From Carpediemonas membranifera BICM (lineage: Eukaryota > Protista > Fornicata), in the NCBI GenBank assembly GCA_019828565.1, contig JAHDYR010000067.1, positions 807,094 through 871,093 on the forward strand: a stretch of DNA of 64,000 bases, in the 5' to 3' direction. This document shows, piece after piece, positions 22,401-33,830 of this stretch. Made by a program: the position numbers and the translations under genes. Under the pieces are notes generated by a model, which was given only the letters and a program-made list of their open reading frames with translations, was not told the DNA's origin and did not search any database. The stretch's first letter is position 1; each line of letters begins with the position of its first letter.

Positions 22401-23437
22401 GCTCCAGCAGCAGTGTTGTCCGGTGTGAAGGCGACTATGGTATCGGCAATGGTGCGGACGGCCTCTTCGTTGGATCCCAGTCGTGACAGGGCATCGTACA
22501 TCGCATAGATCCCATCGCCCTGGCCGCCAATCGTCCACTGGAGCATAGCAGCGTACGCCCCGGCGACCTCCATGTCGGCCTGGCGACGGGTCTCGACCGC
22601 AACGGCTTGTGTCGCTTGGAGAGTTGCGATGACAACCGACGCGTCTGGGGCGTAGATACCGGCAGTAATAACACTCATAGTAAAGGGTACCAACTGCGAG
22701 TTCCTCGGTGTGCTTAGGATAGCGGCGAGGTCGGCGCTGAGTGCACCAATGATGCTGACCCAACGCACCATGGCTTTCGTCATTGAGGGGTCCGCAATCA
22801 GCGTGTGCAGCCGACCGTCTGCTGCCGAGTCAGTGAGGATCTCCGTCGCTTGCTTAGTGACCATGCCCGTGGCCTCACAGAAGGTGACGACGAGGAAGTC
22901 AAGTGGTGTGCGTGCTGACTGGACGCGGGTTATGAAGCTGCCCTGGCGTCTGTGGCCAGTCTTGGTGGGTGACACACGTGTTGGGGACGCGGTCTTCTGC
23001 TGCTCGATGCCGGCTGGGGGGTTCACCCGTTTTCTTGTCCGCACGGCCACCGCGAACTGACGGTAGATGTCCTCCAGCAGCTGTTCCACTGTGGTGTGGT
23101 CTCCAGCAACAGCCATGGCCTTTGAGTCGGCTGTGAACTCCACTCCAAGCCTAGAGAGGAACGGTGCTATTATGTTCCAATTATGAAGACGGGCTGCAGG
23201 CGTCGAGAGGTCCTTCAGCGAGACAATTCGTTTGGGGTGCATCTCAAAGTCCTTGTTCATTATGTTCAGTATGTCTGCGATGTATATGCCGTTCTCTACC
23301 CGCTGTGTCGCCGCGGTGTTCAAGCAAACCTTGTTACCGCGGGATGGCTCGCATGTCTGAGCCTCATCTTGTGATAATACAGCTTCTGAGACCAGCCAGG
23401 CGTATAGTTCTTTCCGTAGAGGGAGCTCAGTCTCCAT
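19427..23437 (-). CDS. Large protein with N-terminal calponin-homology (SPEF-like) domain and C-terminal coiled coil
   Basis: NG..IA.IL...RLHNWN.I...L..LG CH pattern; helical middle; E/K/R-rich tail. ATG at 23437. Confidence 0.75.
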   Translation of the reverse strand: METELPLRKELYAWLVSEAVLSQDEAQTCEPSRGNKVCLNTAATQRVENGIYIADILNIMNKDFEMHPKRIVSLKDLSTPAARLHNWNIIAPFLSRLGVEFTADSKAMAVAGDHTTVEQLLEDIYRQFAVAVRTRKRVNPPAGIEQQKTASPTRVSPTKTGHRRQGSFITRVQSARTPLDFLVVTFCEATGMVTKQATEILTDSAADGRLHTLIADPSMTKAMVRWVSIIGALSADLAAILSTPRNSQLVPFTMSVITAGIYAPDASVVIATLQATQAVAVETRRQADMEVAGAYAAMLQWTIGGQGDGIYAMYDALSRLGSNEEAVRTIADTIVAFTPDNTAAGALTILSRLLMDEVSAPALAAVHAVLPRIHELHQAESAPEPTNYSVDGVARIVAACLAVTPADNQALLLAVQVVTDVLALFPNMLHMASIDVDETDKAGIRADIAGLKFLVFTALAVPLDHRAADFVSRASILPPAPIAESIPSAALQAPLLAISNMFGLLTFSMEESSRLAFLLWPMILGTFTHLTGCPVRFARITESIAIALKRHPDLPVGALLDVLAEILTAHADKLEAGRPSPFDSIIDRSIALSLVCVGHTGVPSSSVTQLLPALCDLVLIPPKAQAPPSRSTSRMSVARTTKPAASARFDELALLAIFTAVITHKSDDAVLEVFAEFVRRTLASFISLDTASRIDRIKRAALMAAFQSAGVPDAVPEGMTVRQEEVLGLLAKEFGFLSTYITDTDSALFRRLTTVLESSLADLAKTSDGPTPAGLVGLVEAIAVPISPAEIDTARAPCGPLPFIGTVLEGVMAGRMDTPESQLDSIRRLHHTWLVHVLGGQSAYWLCHGRPTSEFPAPGREYLALTEQLAKQSWPSPKDALFSGVVQSTPALPEQQPTPIPTTPGQPVVPSAGTPLSVLEPSPEQKAQLLRKRQEHRKWLAKRDEELQKIKAARDAKLKAEQEEKEKQQLRKRRMQRAARERVKERMNRSRTISEDPSARPGPEEAAAIKAEIARLNVILADDPNAQLPEDYTKKLEEYEVDDFDWSDIEEIPSDGFDPVEPAPEEVHDHRLPTAPSGIDETRAQWVAVNDRILSAAASTKPSPSTRSKTEPRQRKNAPQSAPFNYHKFLERQAEKKGGSAHVQHLKRLEEEREEAEKREAELKRRRDAAHRRNAQEMKERLALLKAERAAQEEAEMEREKERKEMLKKRKREKAAIAKAESAKRKQIAELASKKQAAITALDTAGEELGRIKEQITVHNNTVAYLTRKYQKVKGHENDPLAEVSTTSLQMIQNQIQRAKATVDKLQKDLLHATKKEATAKTELEEIVGELAVIMK

Positions 23438-23715
23438 TTCAAAAATCTGTTTCGTTGCAACTTTTGGTGAGAATGCCCCACCCTGTAAGAAGACCGTGTG
23501 ACCGCTTTGTGCCACGGCAGAGTCTGCGAATAGGCCAACCGCCCCATTCTATGCCGACTATTCCGTATCGAGCACCCACAGATTTTGATGGCTGGCATTC
23601 AGCCGAAAATTCTCGGTATGCCATGCGACTAGACACGCGCGGGCATGGTAGCAGCATGCACTGGGAACGCATGACTGACGAAATCTTGCTCGAGTCGGGA
23701 AGACAAAACTTGGCA

Positions 23716-26464
23716 ATGCAGGAATGCTCGCTGTGCCGCAAGCCAGCGGTAGTTTCCCATATTCTACTGAAAGATGACAGTATAACATGCAGTTTGTTCG
23801 CGTTGCATTGCTCTAACTTAGCCCATCCCTTCTGCGCCAAACATTTGAAGTCTATTGTCAATTGTCCCGTCGAAGGACACATTTCCTGCCCCATTTGCCA
23901 GATACAGCAGGATCTTACGGACATTTCCGGCGAGAGAGTCACACCCGAGGCGATCTCTGCGCTGCTAACGCGCTACGAAGATGAGGGTGATGCCCTCGAG
24001 AAGGAGCGTTTGTATCCCCAGACCAGCCTCTAACACAGATCAAACGGCCGTAGAGAGGCACCAAGAGGCGGAGCAAGCCCTTGCCCAGTGCGCCGAGGAC
24101 ATCTCCGTCTGCGAGTACCACCTCCGCATCAATTCACTCCGAGTCAACATCCTGAGCAAGTCGGACAACAGGCAGGCACCCACCCCTGCTCACCCGATCC
24201 CTACCGAGCCACCGACAGAGCACAAGCAGCCCAGGGAGACCCGGATCTCTCCGGCCCGGGTGCCACCCCAGGGAGAGGAGCCCGAGCCTGCCCACACTGC
24301 ACATGCCTCAGCTGAACCGGACAGACAGGAGCATCATGTCCAGCCAACCCCTTCCAAGTTGTCAAAGTCGACGGTCGAACCCGATATGGAATCAGATTCA
24401 GAGGGGGAGGAGTACGACCAGGACAACGTCGAGGAACCCGATGCCCCAGCCCCGAGACCACGCCCCGAGCCTGTTCAGCAGCGGGAGCAGCCTAAGCCAG
24501 ACCCCCAGCCCGAGAAGCCCCAGCCTAAGCCCGTCACCAGGGCCCGCTCGGTCCCCCGCCGCCCAGTCACCCCGGGTATCGAGCGTGCGGACGGTATGCT
24601 TCAGGAACTGGTGGCAGAGACTGGTCATGTGGGAGTCATCCCTGACAAGGCGATGTTTGTCGTCGATATATTCCAGCGGTACCTCAACGGGAATGTTCAG
24701 AACAAGAACGAAGTATTGGAGATCGCTGCCGAGCTGACTTGGACCCTCGCGGCTCAGCCTGACGGGCGGTCTCGGCTCCATGCGGCAGGAATCGAGACCC
24801 CACTGATGACGCTCATTTCATCTGCCGACACCGTGCTCGCTGCCCACAACGCCATCCACGCGCTCTCCTACCTCACTCGCGACGATGAGGTGAAGCGCCA
24901 CCTTGGCCAGACCACCGGACTCGAGGTCCTGCTCGGCATGCTCAGGGCCGCCCCAGAGGAGCTCCAGGCCAAGCTCGCTGGGGCAGTGTGGAACATCGCA
25001 TCGCTGGACGAGAACCGGTCGGTGCTGCGGGAGCGCGGTGGAGTTGAAGTGCTTGTTGGCCTCCTATCGAGCAGCTCGGAAGCGGTGGTCGAGAACGCCG
25101 CAGGTGCGCTGTGGAACTGCTCTGTGGATGATGACAACAAGCAGGCCATGGTCTCCAACGGCGCCATCCCTAAACTGCTCGACTGTCTCGGGTCCGCCAA
25201 CCCGGGCGTGCTGGAGAACTCGACGGGCGCCCTCTGGAACTGTGCTGCATACCCGTCCGCCCGCAGGCACGTGCTCAAGCTCGGCGGGCTCGAGGCGTTG
25301 CTGGCTGTCCTTGCGCAGGATAACGTGCCCCCCGTCGTACGGGAGAACTCCCTCGGAGCCCTGCGGAACTGCGCCATTGATGAGGAGAACAAGGTCGCCC
25401 TTGCTAACCTCGATGCCGTCCGGATCCTCATGCAAACTGTGATTGAATCGGTGCCATCCGTCGCGGACAACGCCATCGCCTGCATCTGGGTTCTCACGAC
25501 CGAGAAGCTGAACAGAACTAGTCTGCTCGAGGCCGACGGGCTCGACTTCCTGCTGCGAATCATCAGTCAACGGGAGACGCTGCCGCATACGATCGTCGAG
25601 AAGGCTATCGGCATCGCCCGAAACCTCTCCGCTGATCCAGCTCTTCGGCCGATGCTCCACGAGGCTGGTGTCATCACAGCGGTGGTACACGTGCTGCTTC
25701 CGGTGCTAAGAGCTGCTGAGGCACTCGCTGACACAGTCAAACGCCGCTCCTCTCGCGCTGAGGTGATTGGCAACATCATCAGCACGCACAAGCTCCCAAC
25801 GCGCCAGGAGCTGGAGTTCGTGTGCGCCACACTTTGGAACTGCGCCAAGGACAGCAACATCAAGGCCATCCTGGGCCATGACGGCGTATGCGAGGCCGTG
25901 ATGTGCGTTCTTGCTGCAACCCTCGACCAAGCCATCCCCAGTGAGGTCGTAGAGTTTGCCAGCGGTTGTATGGCCTCTCTTGCGTTCAATGCGGAGAACA
26001 AGGAGTTTATTAGCGAGGCCGACGGTGTTGCCGTGATCGAAGACCTGCTGAGGTCGACCACGGATCCCATCGTACTGGAAAACGCGGCTAGCGTCGCAAA
26101 GCACCTAGCAGACCTCCCCAAGGCACGCGCACAGATGCTTGAAGACAGTCTTGCCCCATGGGTGGTCAGCGTCCTCGCTGTAGCTGCCCGCACTGGCGAG
26201 GTCACCGTCCAGTTCAACCAGGACCAGCATGGGATGTTCAGCCAGCTGCTGGATAGCCACCCAATGGCTCTTAAGGAGCTCTGCTTCCTCATCAAGCATT
26301 GGGCATGTGATAAGAAGTGCAGACAGGCGCTATCTGGGACTATTCAGCCCGTCTACAGGCTCCTGTCGCACGAGGCCATACAGCGGTCTGGCGTAGCTGC
26401 GCTACAGGCGTTGGCGAGAGATCCAGCGCTGAGGCCAGTAATCGAGAGGTATTCCCAGGTGTAA
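23716..26464 (+). CDS. RING finger + Armadillo-repeat protein (introns 23792-23821 and 24008-24038)
   Basis: After splicing reads CSLC..ITCTHPFCAKH..CPIC, then ARM repeats (AAGALWNCS, STGALWNCA). Both introns are GTTTGT..CTAAC..AG; the second joins the two ORFs in frame. Confidence 0.85.
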
Positions 26465-26532
26465 GTTGTAAAAGTACTATTATCACAGTGCATCTCCCAT
26501 TAAACCCGTAAAATTATGATTTAAACGAACGC

Positions 26533-29148
26533 TTAGAGGTGGGTCGCGATGATACTGTTCTTGCTGTTGACCATGACCGTGGGTGGGAGGTTCCTGGTCA
26601 ACGCCTCTACTACCTCGAGCCAGGGCTTCTCGGCACCGGCCTCGGGCAGCACGGGAATGGTGATGAATGACAGAGCCGTCTCACCGCTGCACTGGCGCAT
26701 GATGGAGTTGAGGGAAAGCAGAGTTTCATCACGGGGCCCCAGAATATCAGAGTAGTCGGCCGAGTCGTCAGTGAAGAGGCGGACAGTGCTGGGGAGGAGC
26801 TCGGTGTCCTCCCTGACCCTGATCACGACGGTGGCCTTGATACGGAGCTCGAGAAGGACGGCAGAGAGCTCCTTGTGCAGCTCCTCCGCCTCCTCGTGCG
26901 TGTCGACCACCGAGCAGACGCGCAGAGTGGTCTGGGTGTCGTAGAACTTCGACTTCTTGACCATCATCGCCATGAGAAGACACAGTTCCTGGGACGGGAC
27001 GAGCATACCTTCCTCGGCCATGATGTCACGGAATGGGTTGACAGCGTAGGGGAATACCCAGGCATCAACGGTCATCTTGTGCTGGGGCCAGGCCGGGTTG
27101 GTGCGGGGGAGGGGTACGAGGGGCGCAGTGTGTGCGAGGATGGCCTTCTCGTCGTGAGTTTCGAAGTTCCTGAACAGCGCGATGTTCTTCCCGGCGCTCT
27201 GGACATCCCTGAGGATCTGAGCCCACTGGACGATATCCTGCATAGGTGGGTGGTGGGCAAGCATGTCCTCGACGGGCTCGGTCACATCGAGCAGTATGCT
27301 ACCCCTGCTGGTGTAGTGGGCTACGTCAGCGGGGATCTTGGTCGTGTCAGATGTGCCACGAACAGGGTTGTAGAGCTCCATGGCGACGGTGTTGGGCTTC
27401 ATGAACCCTAAGCCGGATGATGCTATGAGGTTGGAGACGCCCTGGCGGTAGTCTGACGCGATCAGGACCTCACCGAAGCCCTTGAGGTGCATGGAGGTGA
27501 CCAGTCGGTTCAGGGCAGAGCGGTGCTTGTCGACGATGTGACTGACAGCCTCGACAGTGCCGATCACTGGGATGCCGATAACATACAGCCCACCCTTCTT
27601 GAGATTGTTCCCGAATCTGAGGAGTGGCACAGTGGAAGCTGACACACGGCCAGTGTGGATCAGCAGAAGCTGGGGCCGCCAGTACTTGATATGGTCCTTG
27701 CGGACGTCCAAGCGGAGCAGGAACTTTCTCACCTGGTGGTAAATGAGCGCCTGGCTAATGTCGCCCCAATCAGTTGATGAGCCCGTGTAGTGGATGAAGA
27801 TGAAGAGCACAGCCATCGCTATGAACGACACAGACGCCCATAGAGGCTGAGCAATGAACATCAGGGCTGTTGACCCGACGCACCCGATGCCCGCGGTCCA
27901 TTTGTTAAACCACGGCCAGATTGGTCTGAAGTTGGGAGCACCCGAGATGACGTGGATGAAGCATGCAAGGTTGACGATGGCGTACGACATCAGGAAGAAC
28001 ATGGAGTCGATGGGGGCAACCAGGTTGACGTTGCCGATGAAAAGGCACGCCTGAGCAATGAGCCAAGTGAACACGACGCCGATGCGGGGCTCGTCGCCCT
28101 TGCCTGAGCCCTTGCCGAGGATGCCGATGAAGGGGATGATGTTGTCACGGGCGAGAGCCTGGAGGACACGGGATGCGCCAATGAGCGAGGCGAGGGCAGC
28201 TGCGAGCGTGACGACCCACGTGGCCGCGGCAATGATCCAGTAGCCGAGAACGGTCACTGCAACGGACTGTATGATGGGCTTGTTGTCCCGGAGTCCCGTG
28301 GCGCCGTCTCTGCGGGTGGTGAAAGCCATGAGGATCATCAGGAGCACGTAGACGGAGACTGTGGTGCCGAAGGCGAGAAGGGTGCCCCAGGGGATGCTCT
28401 TGGCGGGGTTCTTGAGGTCACCGCTCATGTTAACGCCGGCCATGATGCCAGTGCAGGCGGGGAAGAAGATGGCGAAGACGAGACGGAAATTCATCGTCTT
28501 GCCGCTGTCCGCGTCATACGTGTAGCCGGGGCCGAGGTTCCTGACGAACGTGTCGAGGGAGAAACCGGTGTACGCTTTGGGGCGGCCATCGCGGGCGACG
28601 AAGAATGAGAGGAATGTGAAGGCGACGGAGATCATGACGAAGATAAAGGTGATGAAGGTGGTCTTCGCATACAGACTGGCACCAACGAGGCAGATGAGTG
28701 TGAGCAGGAAGCACAGGATCGAGGCGATGATGAGTTGAGTGAGATAGTCGTTGTAGATCATCAGCTTAAAGGTGCTCGACACAGATTCGGCGAACCCAGA
28801 GAGGTAGAGGACGGCTGCAAAGACGTTGGCGCAATAGAAGATGACACCAATGCTTCCGCCGAACTCGGGGCCGAGGGCACGACTAATCATGTAGTAGCAA
28901 CCGCCACCCTTGATGCGGCCGTTTGTAGCGATCGCGGAGATGCTGAGAATGGTGAAGAAAGTCATCAGACATGCCACAAGGATCATGAACATTCCTTCGA
29001 CGAGGCCGGTTTGGCCAAGAACCCATCCAAACCTCAGGAAAAGGATGACAGACAGGATGCTGAGAACAACGGGAACGTACACACCAAAAAACGTTCCCAG
29101 CGTTCCTTTCCCGCTGTCTGCTTCACTGCGCACCGGTAGCAATGCCAT
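26533..29148 (-). CDS. Cation-chloride cotransporter (SLC12A9-like)
   Basis: LGTFFGVYVP, AIATNG, GGG.YYMISRALGPEFGGSIG, FFPACTGIMAG, APNFRP, WRPQ. Confidence 0.95.
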   Translation of the reverse strand: MALLPVRSEADSGKGTLGTFFGVYVPVVLSILSVILFLRFGWVLGQTGLVEGMFMILVACLMTFFTILSISAIATNGRIKGGGCYYMISRALGPEFGGSIGVIFYCANVFAAVLYLSGFAESVSSTFKLMIYNDYLTQLIIASILCFLLTLICLVGASLYAKTTFITFIFVMISVAFTFLSFFVARDGRPKAYTGFSLDTFVRNLGPGYTYDADSGKTMNFRLVFAIFFPACTGIMAGVNMSGDLKNPAKSIPWGTLLAFGTTVSVYVLLMILMAFTTRRDGATGLRDNKPIIQSVAVTVLGYWIIAAATWVVTLAAALASLIGASRVLQALARDNIIPFIGILGKGSGKGDEPRIGVVFTWLIAQACLFIGNVNLVAPIDSMFFLMSYAIVNLACFIHVISGAPNFRPIWPWFNKWTAGIGCVGSTALMFIAQPLWASVSFIAMAVLFIFIHYTGSSTDWGDISQALIYHQVRKFLLRLDVRKDHIKYWRPQLLLIHTGRVSASTVPLLRFGNNLKKGGLYVIGIPVIGTVEAVSHIVDKHRSALNRLVTSMHLKGFGEVLIASDYRQGVSNLIASSGLGFMKPNTVAMELYNPVRGTSDTTKIPADVAHYTSRGSILLDVTEPVEDMLAHHPPMQDIVQWAQILRDVQSAGKNIALFRNFETHDEKAILAHTAPLVPLPRTNPAWPQHKMTVDAWVFPYAVNPFRDIMAEEGMLVPSQELCLLMAMMVKKSKFYDTQTTLRVCSVVDTHEEAEELHKELSAVLLELRIKATVVIRVREDTELLPSTVRLFTDDSADYSDILGPRDETLLSLNSIMRQCSGETALSFITIPVLPEAGAEKPWLEVVEALTRNLPPTVMVNSKNSIIATHL

Positions 29149-29378
29149 CGCACGAACGCTTGCGAAAAATCTATAATCGTTTTTTATGCGGTGACCGCCC
29201 AGGACCGTTGAGCGCGTGAGACAGGCTCTCGGGCGACGCTAGGCGGGCTAAGCCATGCGCAGGGCCGCCCCTTTTCAGAGGTTGACTGACAAGCCCTAGA
29301 TGAGAATCGCATCGAATCAGGAGTGACGCGGCCTCTAAAAAAACAGATCAGAGCCCTTTATGTTCTTCCACACCGCTC

Positions 29379-30614
29379 TCAGGCAGTCCACATCTTGTTA
29401 GCCAGCTTGGCTCCAGCTACATCACCACCCTCAAGATTGACCTCGGTCTTGGGAAAGGGGCACATCAACTTGTCCACACCAAGGAACGAGGCGATCGATT
29501 CGAGCGTGGTAGTCGGGTTGCACTCGACGAGCTTGACGCCTGATGCCGTGCGGACCTTGAACTTGACGATGGGTTGGCTCGCATCAATGTTGATTGGCTT
29601 GCCGGGCTGGATCGGCGCCTTGGCCGCTCCCGTGGGCGTAGAGTTCCCAATGCTCTGGCCAGTGCCCTCGAACGGCTCCCGCTTGGGCTTGGGGGGCGTG
29701 TAGTCCTCCTCATCCCGCCGTGTCATCGACATCTTCACCGGCGCGGAGGTACGAATTTCCTCAGGTGTCAGGATGGTGATAGGAACCATGTTGCGCTGGA
29801 TAGAGTCCATGGTTTGCAAATACTCGGGGCTCTCTGACGAAATGAAGGTCTGGCCCTCGACTTCAATGCCATTGCGGTAGAAAACGAGGTTCTTCGTCAG
29901 AGGTTCAGGCGGGGCTGCGATGTGAGACTGCTTGGACCCGTCTGCAGAGCGTCCGGTGCCCACAAAGTCGGGCTTCTTGATCTCCACGCTGCCGCCGTTG
30001 TCCGCAAACTGCTTGGCGTTACGCCAGACCGAATCGATCGTTGGCTCCTCGTCTGATTCAGGCTCTGCCTGCACCTGGACACCACCACCGACTTCGAACC
30101 CGCCCTTCTTCGCTTCCTCCTTCAGTATGCTGTCGTAAAGAGTACCACTGCGGCGACTGCGGCGATCCTCGCGTTCCCATGGATCCCAAGGCTCGCCACC
30201 AGGATTCATCCCCTTGTTGACGCGGCTACGGTGCGGCCTCTTGCCCACGTGAGGGTCAGACTCTGCGGGATGGCGTCTGACCTCATTACGGGCTGGAACA
30301 GGGTCAACGGGAGCTGCAGACACAGTTCGGGCGGTGATGAAGTCAATGAGCTCGCCCATATCCTCTGTGTCGGGGTTCTGAGTGATGGCAGCGTCTACGA
30401 GGTCTCGGGGGAAACCCATGTCGAGGATAATGTCTCGGAACTGAGAGGATGTGGACACTTGCTGGACCTCATTCGCGTTAAGATCAAACTGGCCGCTTAC
30501 AAGCTTGTCTACGAGAACTTCGAGGTCGCGGGCTTCGGGGTTCTGACTAAGCACAGCGTCAACGTTATCGGCTGGAAATCCCATGGCAACGAGATCATCT
30601 CTGTACTGATCCAT
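29379..30614 (-). CDS. p47/Shp1-like p97 cofactor (2x UBA, SEP, SHP box, UBX)
   Basis: Two MGF UBA motifs; SEP FYRNG; SHP box PFEGTGQSIG; UBX FPK. Confidence 0.85.
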   Translation of the reverse strand: MDQYRDDLVAMGFPADNVDAVLSQNPEARDLEVLVDKLVSGQFDLNANEVQQVSTSSQFRDIILDMGFPRDLVDAAITQNPDTEDMGELIDFITARTVSAAPVDPVPARNEVRRHPAESDPHVGKRPHRSRVNKGMNPGGEPWDPWEREDRRSRRSGTLYDSILKEEAKKGGFEVGGGVQVQAEPESDEEPTIDSVWRNAKQFADNGGSVEIKKPDFVGTGRSADGSKQSHIAAPPEPLTKNLVFYRNGIEVEGQTFISSESPEYLQTMDSIQRNMVPITILTPEEIRTSAPVKMSMTRRDEEDYTPPKPKREPFEGTGQSIGNSTPTGAAKAPIQPGKPINIDASQPIVKFKVRTASGVKLVECNPTTTLESIASFLGVDKLMCPFPKTEVNLEGGDVAGAKLANKMWTA

Positions 30615-31039
30615 TGGCTGAATAAGCTATATGCGCTGAGAACAGACGATTCGAGGTTTTTGTTGGATACGATGACACGACGAATTGATTCGATGCGAGT
30701 GGCCTGGGTCAACAACCCGGGTGACCCCACGAATGACGTATGAGGGGGTCGGTCGCGCTTCGGTGCGTTTTTTACCCATGGTGAGGCGGAAACGGATGAT
30801 TCAGAGGTAAGAACGAACGTCACCAGAAGACCAGCTTTACATGTAGAATGCCTCAGGTTGAGCCCACGCGGGCCCCGAAAACAGACAAAACACATATCTC
30901 AACACCATTCGTCATGTGATGAAGTATCATAGAGTGCACAGTGCAAGCAGTAAAGTATCCAAGTTCCCACTTGTTGTGGGCAGACTCCGACTTCATGTGA
31001 GCACCCCGCAGTTTACCACCAGCATCATCAGGCTGCGGA

Positions 31040-33470
31040 ATGGGCCCAAGCACCAAGTCCAACGCCTTGAGGAGCTACACTGACTCAAAGAGGCTCAAGA
31101 GGCGCATGCTGGAGTATGAGCGCGAGCTCGAGCATTTCCCGAAGATCGTTCCAACATTCGTCCGCGTTATCATCAGGAAGCTGAGCTTTGGTATGTATCC
31201 TTTGATTCTATTATCCAGGCCGTCTCTTTACTGTCAGTACCAACGCTGTTGTAGCCCCCGTAGAACCGGAGCTCATCATCGGCTACCTTCTGCTCTCCAT
31301 CATTCCGATAGCTGCACAACTCATCCATGTTGCCCCACACATCCGTTGGCACGCCATCATCATATACTACGCGGTGTCCTCTCTGACGCTCCAGTTCCAG
31401 TTCGTGCTGCGGTCTCTCAATCCGCTCTCGCCATACCCCATGTTTCTGACAATCATCCCGTTCACAATACTGGTGTTTCTGTCCCGTGAGGTGCACCAAC
31501 TGTCCTTCATCTTCAACACCATGATGATCTTCCTCGTATACCTCCAGGTCAACCTCCGATTCCTGGTCTTCACGCTTTATAGCACCACCATGGGCGCCGT
31601 CTACCTAGTCACAGTCTTGGCCATGAAGTTCTACTACAGAGACGACTCTACGTCCGCCTCGTTCTTTGGCACCTCGCTCGAACAACCCATCCACATTCCC
31701 TCAGAGATGTTCATGGCCTTCTCCATAATCCCGGCGCTGATCTTCGTCGCACAGCTGCAGCGGTACATCCGATGGTTCGGCCTCTACCACCGTGCTCGCG
31801 AGACCATGCTGAAGCTCGGTATCACTGAGTTCACCCGCGCTAAAGCCCGCCACCGCACGAAGGCGTTGAGCACGCCCCTCGACGAGGTCCAAACGAAGCT
31901 CCAGGGCATGCTGAAGGCCAACCTCCCCGAGGACGTCAAGTCTGAGATGCGAAAGGTGATCCAACGTCTCCGTATGGCCAGGGTAAGCCACGGCCACGTC
32001 GACTTCGAGGAGAAAGCCGAGGACGTCAAGAAGTTCGTCCTACAGGCACTAGGCCAGAGTGCGATCTTCCAGTCGATGTCCGACAACGGGACAAACCCCA
32101 TCACCACTGTACCCGAGAACAGCGCGAAGCCCCACAGCCTAGACATCGACGGCCCTGGCGACTTTAACCTCGATGAACCAGAGCATCCCCTCGGTAAGAA
32201 CGCCAGTTGGCACGCCCTGACGCCGATGGGACCAGCAACGAACCTGCCTGATGAGATGACGGACGCATGCCCACGCCTGACGATGAGCCAGTGCAATGGC
32301 TGTACCCTGGACGGCACTCGGCGGTTTCCCCTCAAGGAGGCTGATATACCTGCGAACATGGCGAAGTGGATGGGACCACTGGCCGGGAGTCTGCAACCCC
32401 ACGTCCGGGCCGTGCACTTCGCGGAAGAGAGTGGCGTGGAGGACAAGCTGACGGTGCTGGTGAAGAGCCTGGAGAGCTACAACCTCAACATCTTCATGGT
32501 CGGCTCAACGTTCAACGGCCATGCCATCACCGTTATCGTCTCGACTCTGTTTGCCATGTACGATCTTTACGAAGACCTCCTGATCACCCCAGTCCGGCTC
32601 GTCCGGATCCTACTTGACATAGAGGACCAGTACACCACAACACCGTACCACAACAAGGTGCATGCCGCTGACGTCGCCGCTTCGATCCACTGGCTCGTCA
32701 AGAACTTGCCCCCCTCGTACCACTCATACATATCATCGTTCGAGCTCGCTGCAGTGTTTCTAGCAGCAGTACTCCATGACGTGGGTCATCCCGGCGCGGA
32801 CAACCGGTTCCAGGTCCAGCTCCAGACGCCGCTAGCTCAGTACTACAATGACGAGTCGGTGCTAGAGTCGTACCACGCCTCCCATGGTTGGAAACTTCTC
32901 ACAAGACCAGGGCTGGATCTGTTCGAGAAGCTGTGCTTCAGTAGTGTCATGGTCTTCCGCACGACATTCACGTCCCTAATCCTCAGCACAGACATGGGCC
33001 GACACATCGAGTACCAGAGCAGACTCAGGAGTGCAGTCGAGGTTGAGTCAGCCACGTCACTCACTGATATATTCCAACCCGACAAGGATGACCAGCGTCA
33101 CTTCCTACTTCAGTCCTTGTTCAAGATGGCCGACATATCAAACCCGACCAAGGATTGGCCCCTGTGTAAGCGATGGGCGCTTAGAATGCTCAAAGAGTTC
33201 TTCGACCATGGTGACATGGAGCGGTCGCTGGGTCTGCCCGTCTCTGATCTCAAGGACCGTGAGACATCGGCCCCGGCGAAGAGTCAGCTGGGGTTCATGA
33301 GGTATGTGGTCATTCCTTACGCCTCAGCTCTGGCCAACTGCCACGGGTCGTACGCCATCCTTGTCCAGAGCGCGGAGAGGAACTTGGAGCACTGGGAGGG
33401 CCTTGTGTGTGATTCGGGGACAGAAGGGCTGCTTGCTGAGATCGAGGCGCTCAATGTGTGGGCGGAGTGA
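31040..33470 (+). CDS. Membrane-anchored class I phosphodiesterase (intron 31191-31218; start approximate)
   Basis: N-terminal TM helices; YHNKVHAADV, HDVGHPG, ADISNP, EFFDHGD.E, SQLGF. A 28-nt GTATGT..CAG intron joins the ORFs in frame. Confidence 0.92.
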
Positions 33471-33681
33471 AAGGTGCAGGCTCACATGATACACTAGGGA
33501 ACCATTAAATCGTCCAGAGATGCGTATGGTGTAGTGTTTGCTTCGATTTCGAGGCATATCCTGTGAGACTTCGAAAGAATCGGAAACACTACGAGCGCCT
33601 CACAAGGGCCAGACAAGTGGCCTAATGAAGAAATTTGAGACCACCGCTCGTCAAATTGATCCTAAATCTGAGATCATCAGA

Positions 33682-33721
33682 TGTTGCGCAGTATAAACAC
33701 ATTTTTCGAACCTCCAAGACA
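33682..33721 (+). repeat. Left terminal direct repeat (40 bp)
   Basis: TGTTGCGCAGTATAAACACATTTTTCGAACCTCCAAGACA. Confidence 0.85.
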
Positions 33722-33830
33722 GGGCCTGAAAGGAACGATCAAAGTGCCAAACTGCACAACATCATCCGTCCGTAGACGAATGTTGGCGGTTAGCCAATTG
33801 ATGATACTGGAATGATGTTGGAAGGCGCGG
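33682..33830 (-). ncRNA. Putative Fanzor omegaRNA scaffold (5' boundary unknown)
   Basis: Sits between the RuvC C-terminus and the element end. c(UACG)g hairpin at 33763-33782, hairpin at 33783-33797, and an 11-bp pairing of 33751-33761 with terminal 33682-33692. Confidence 0.6.
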
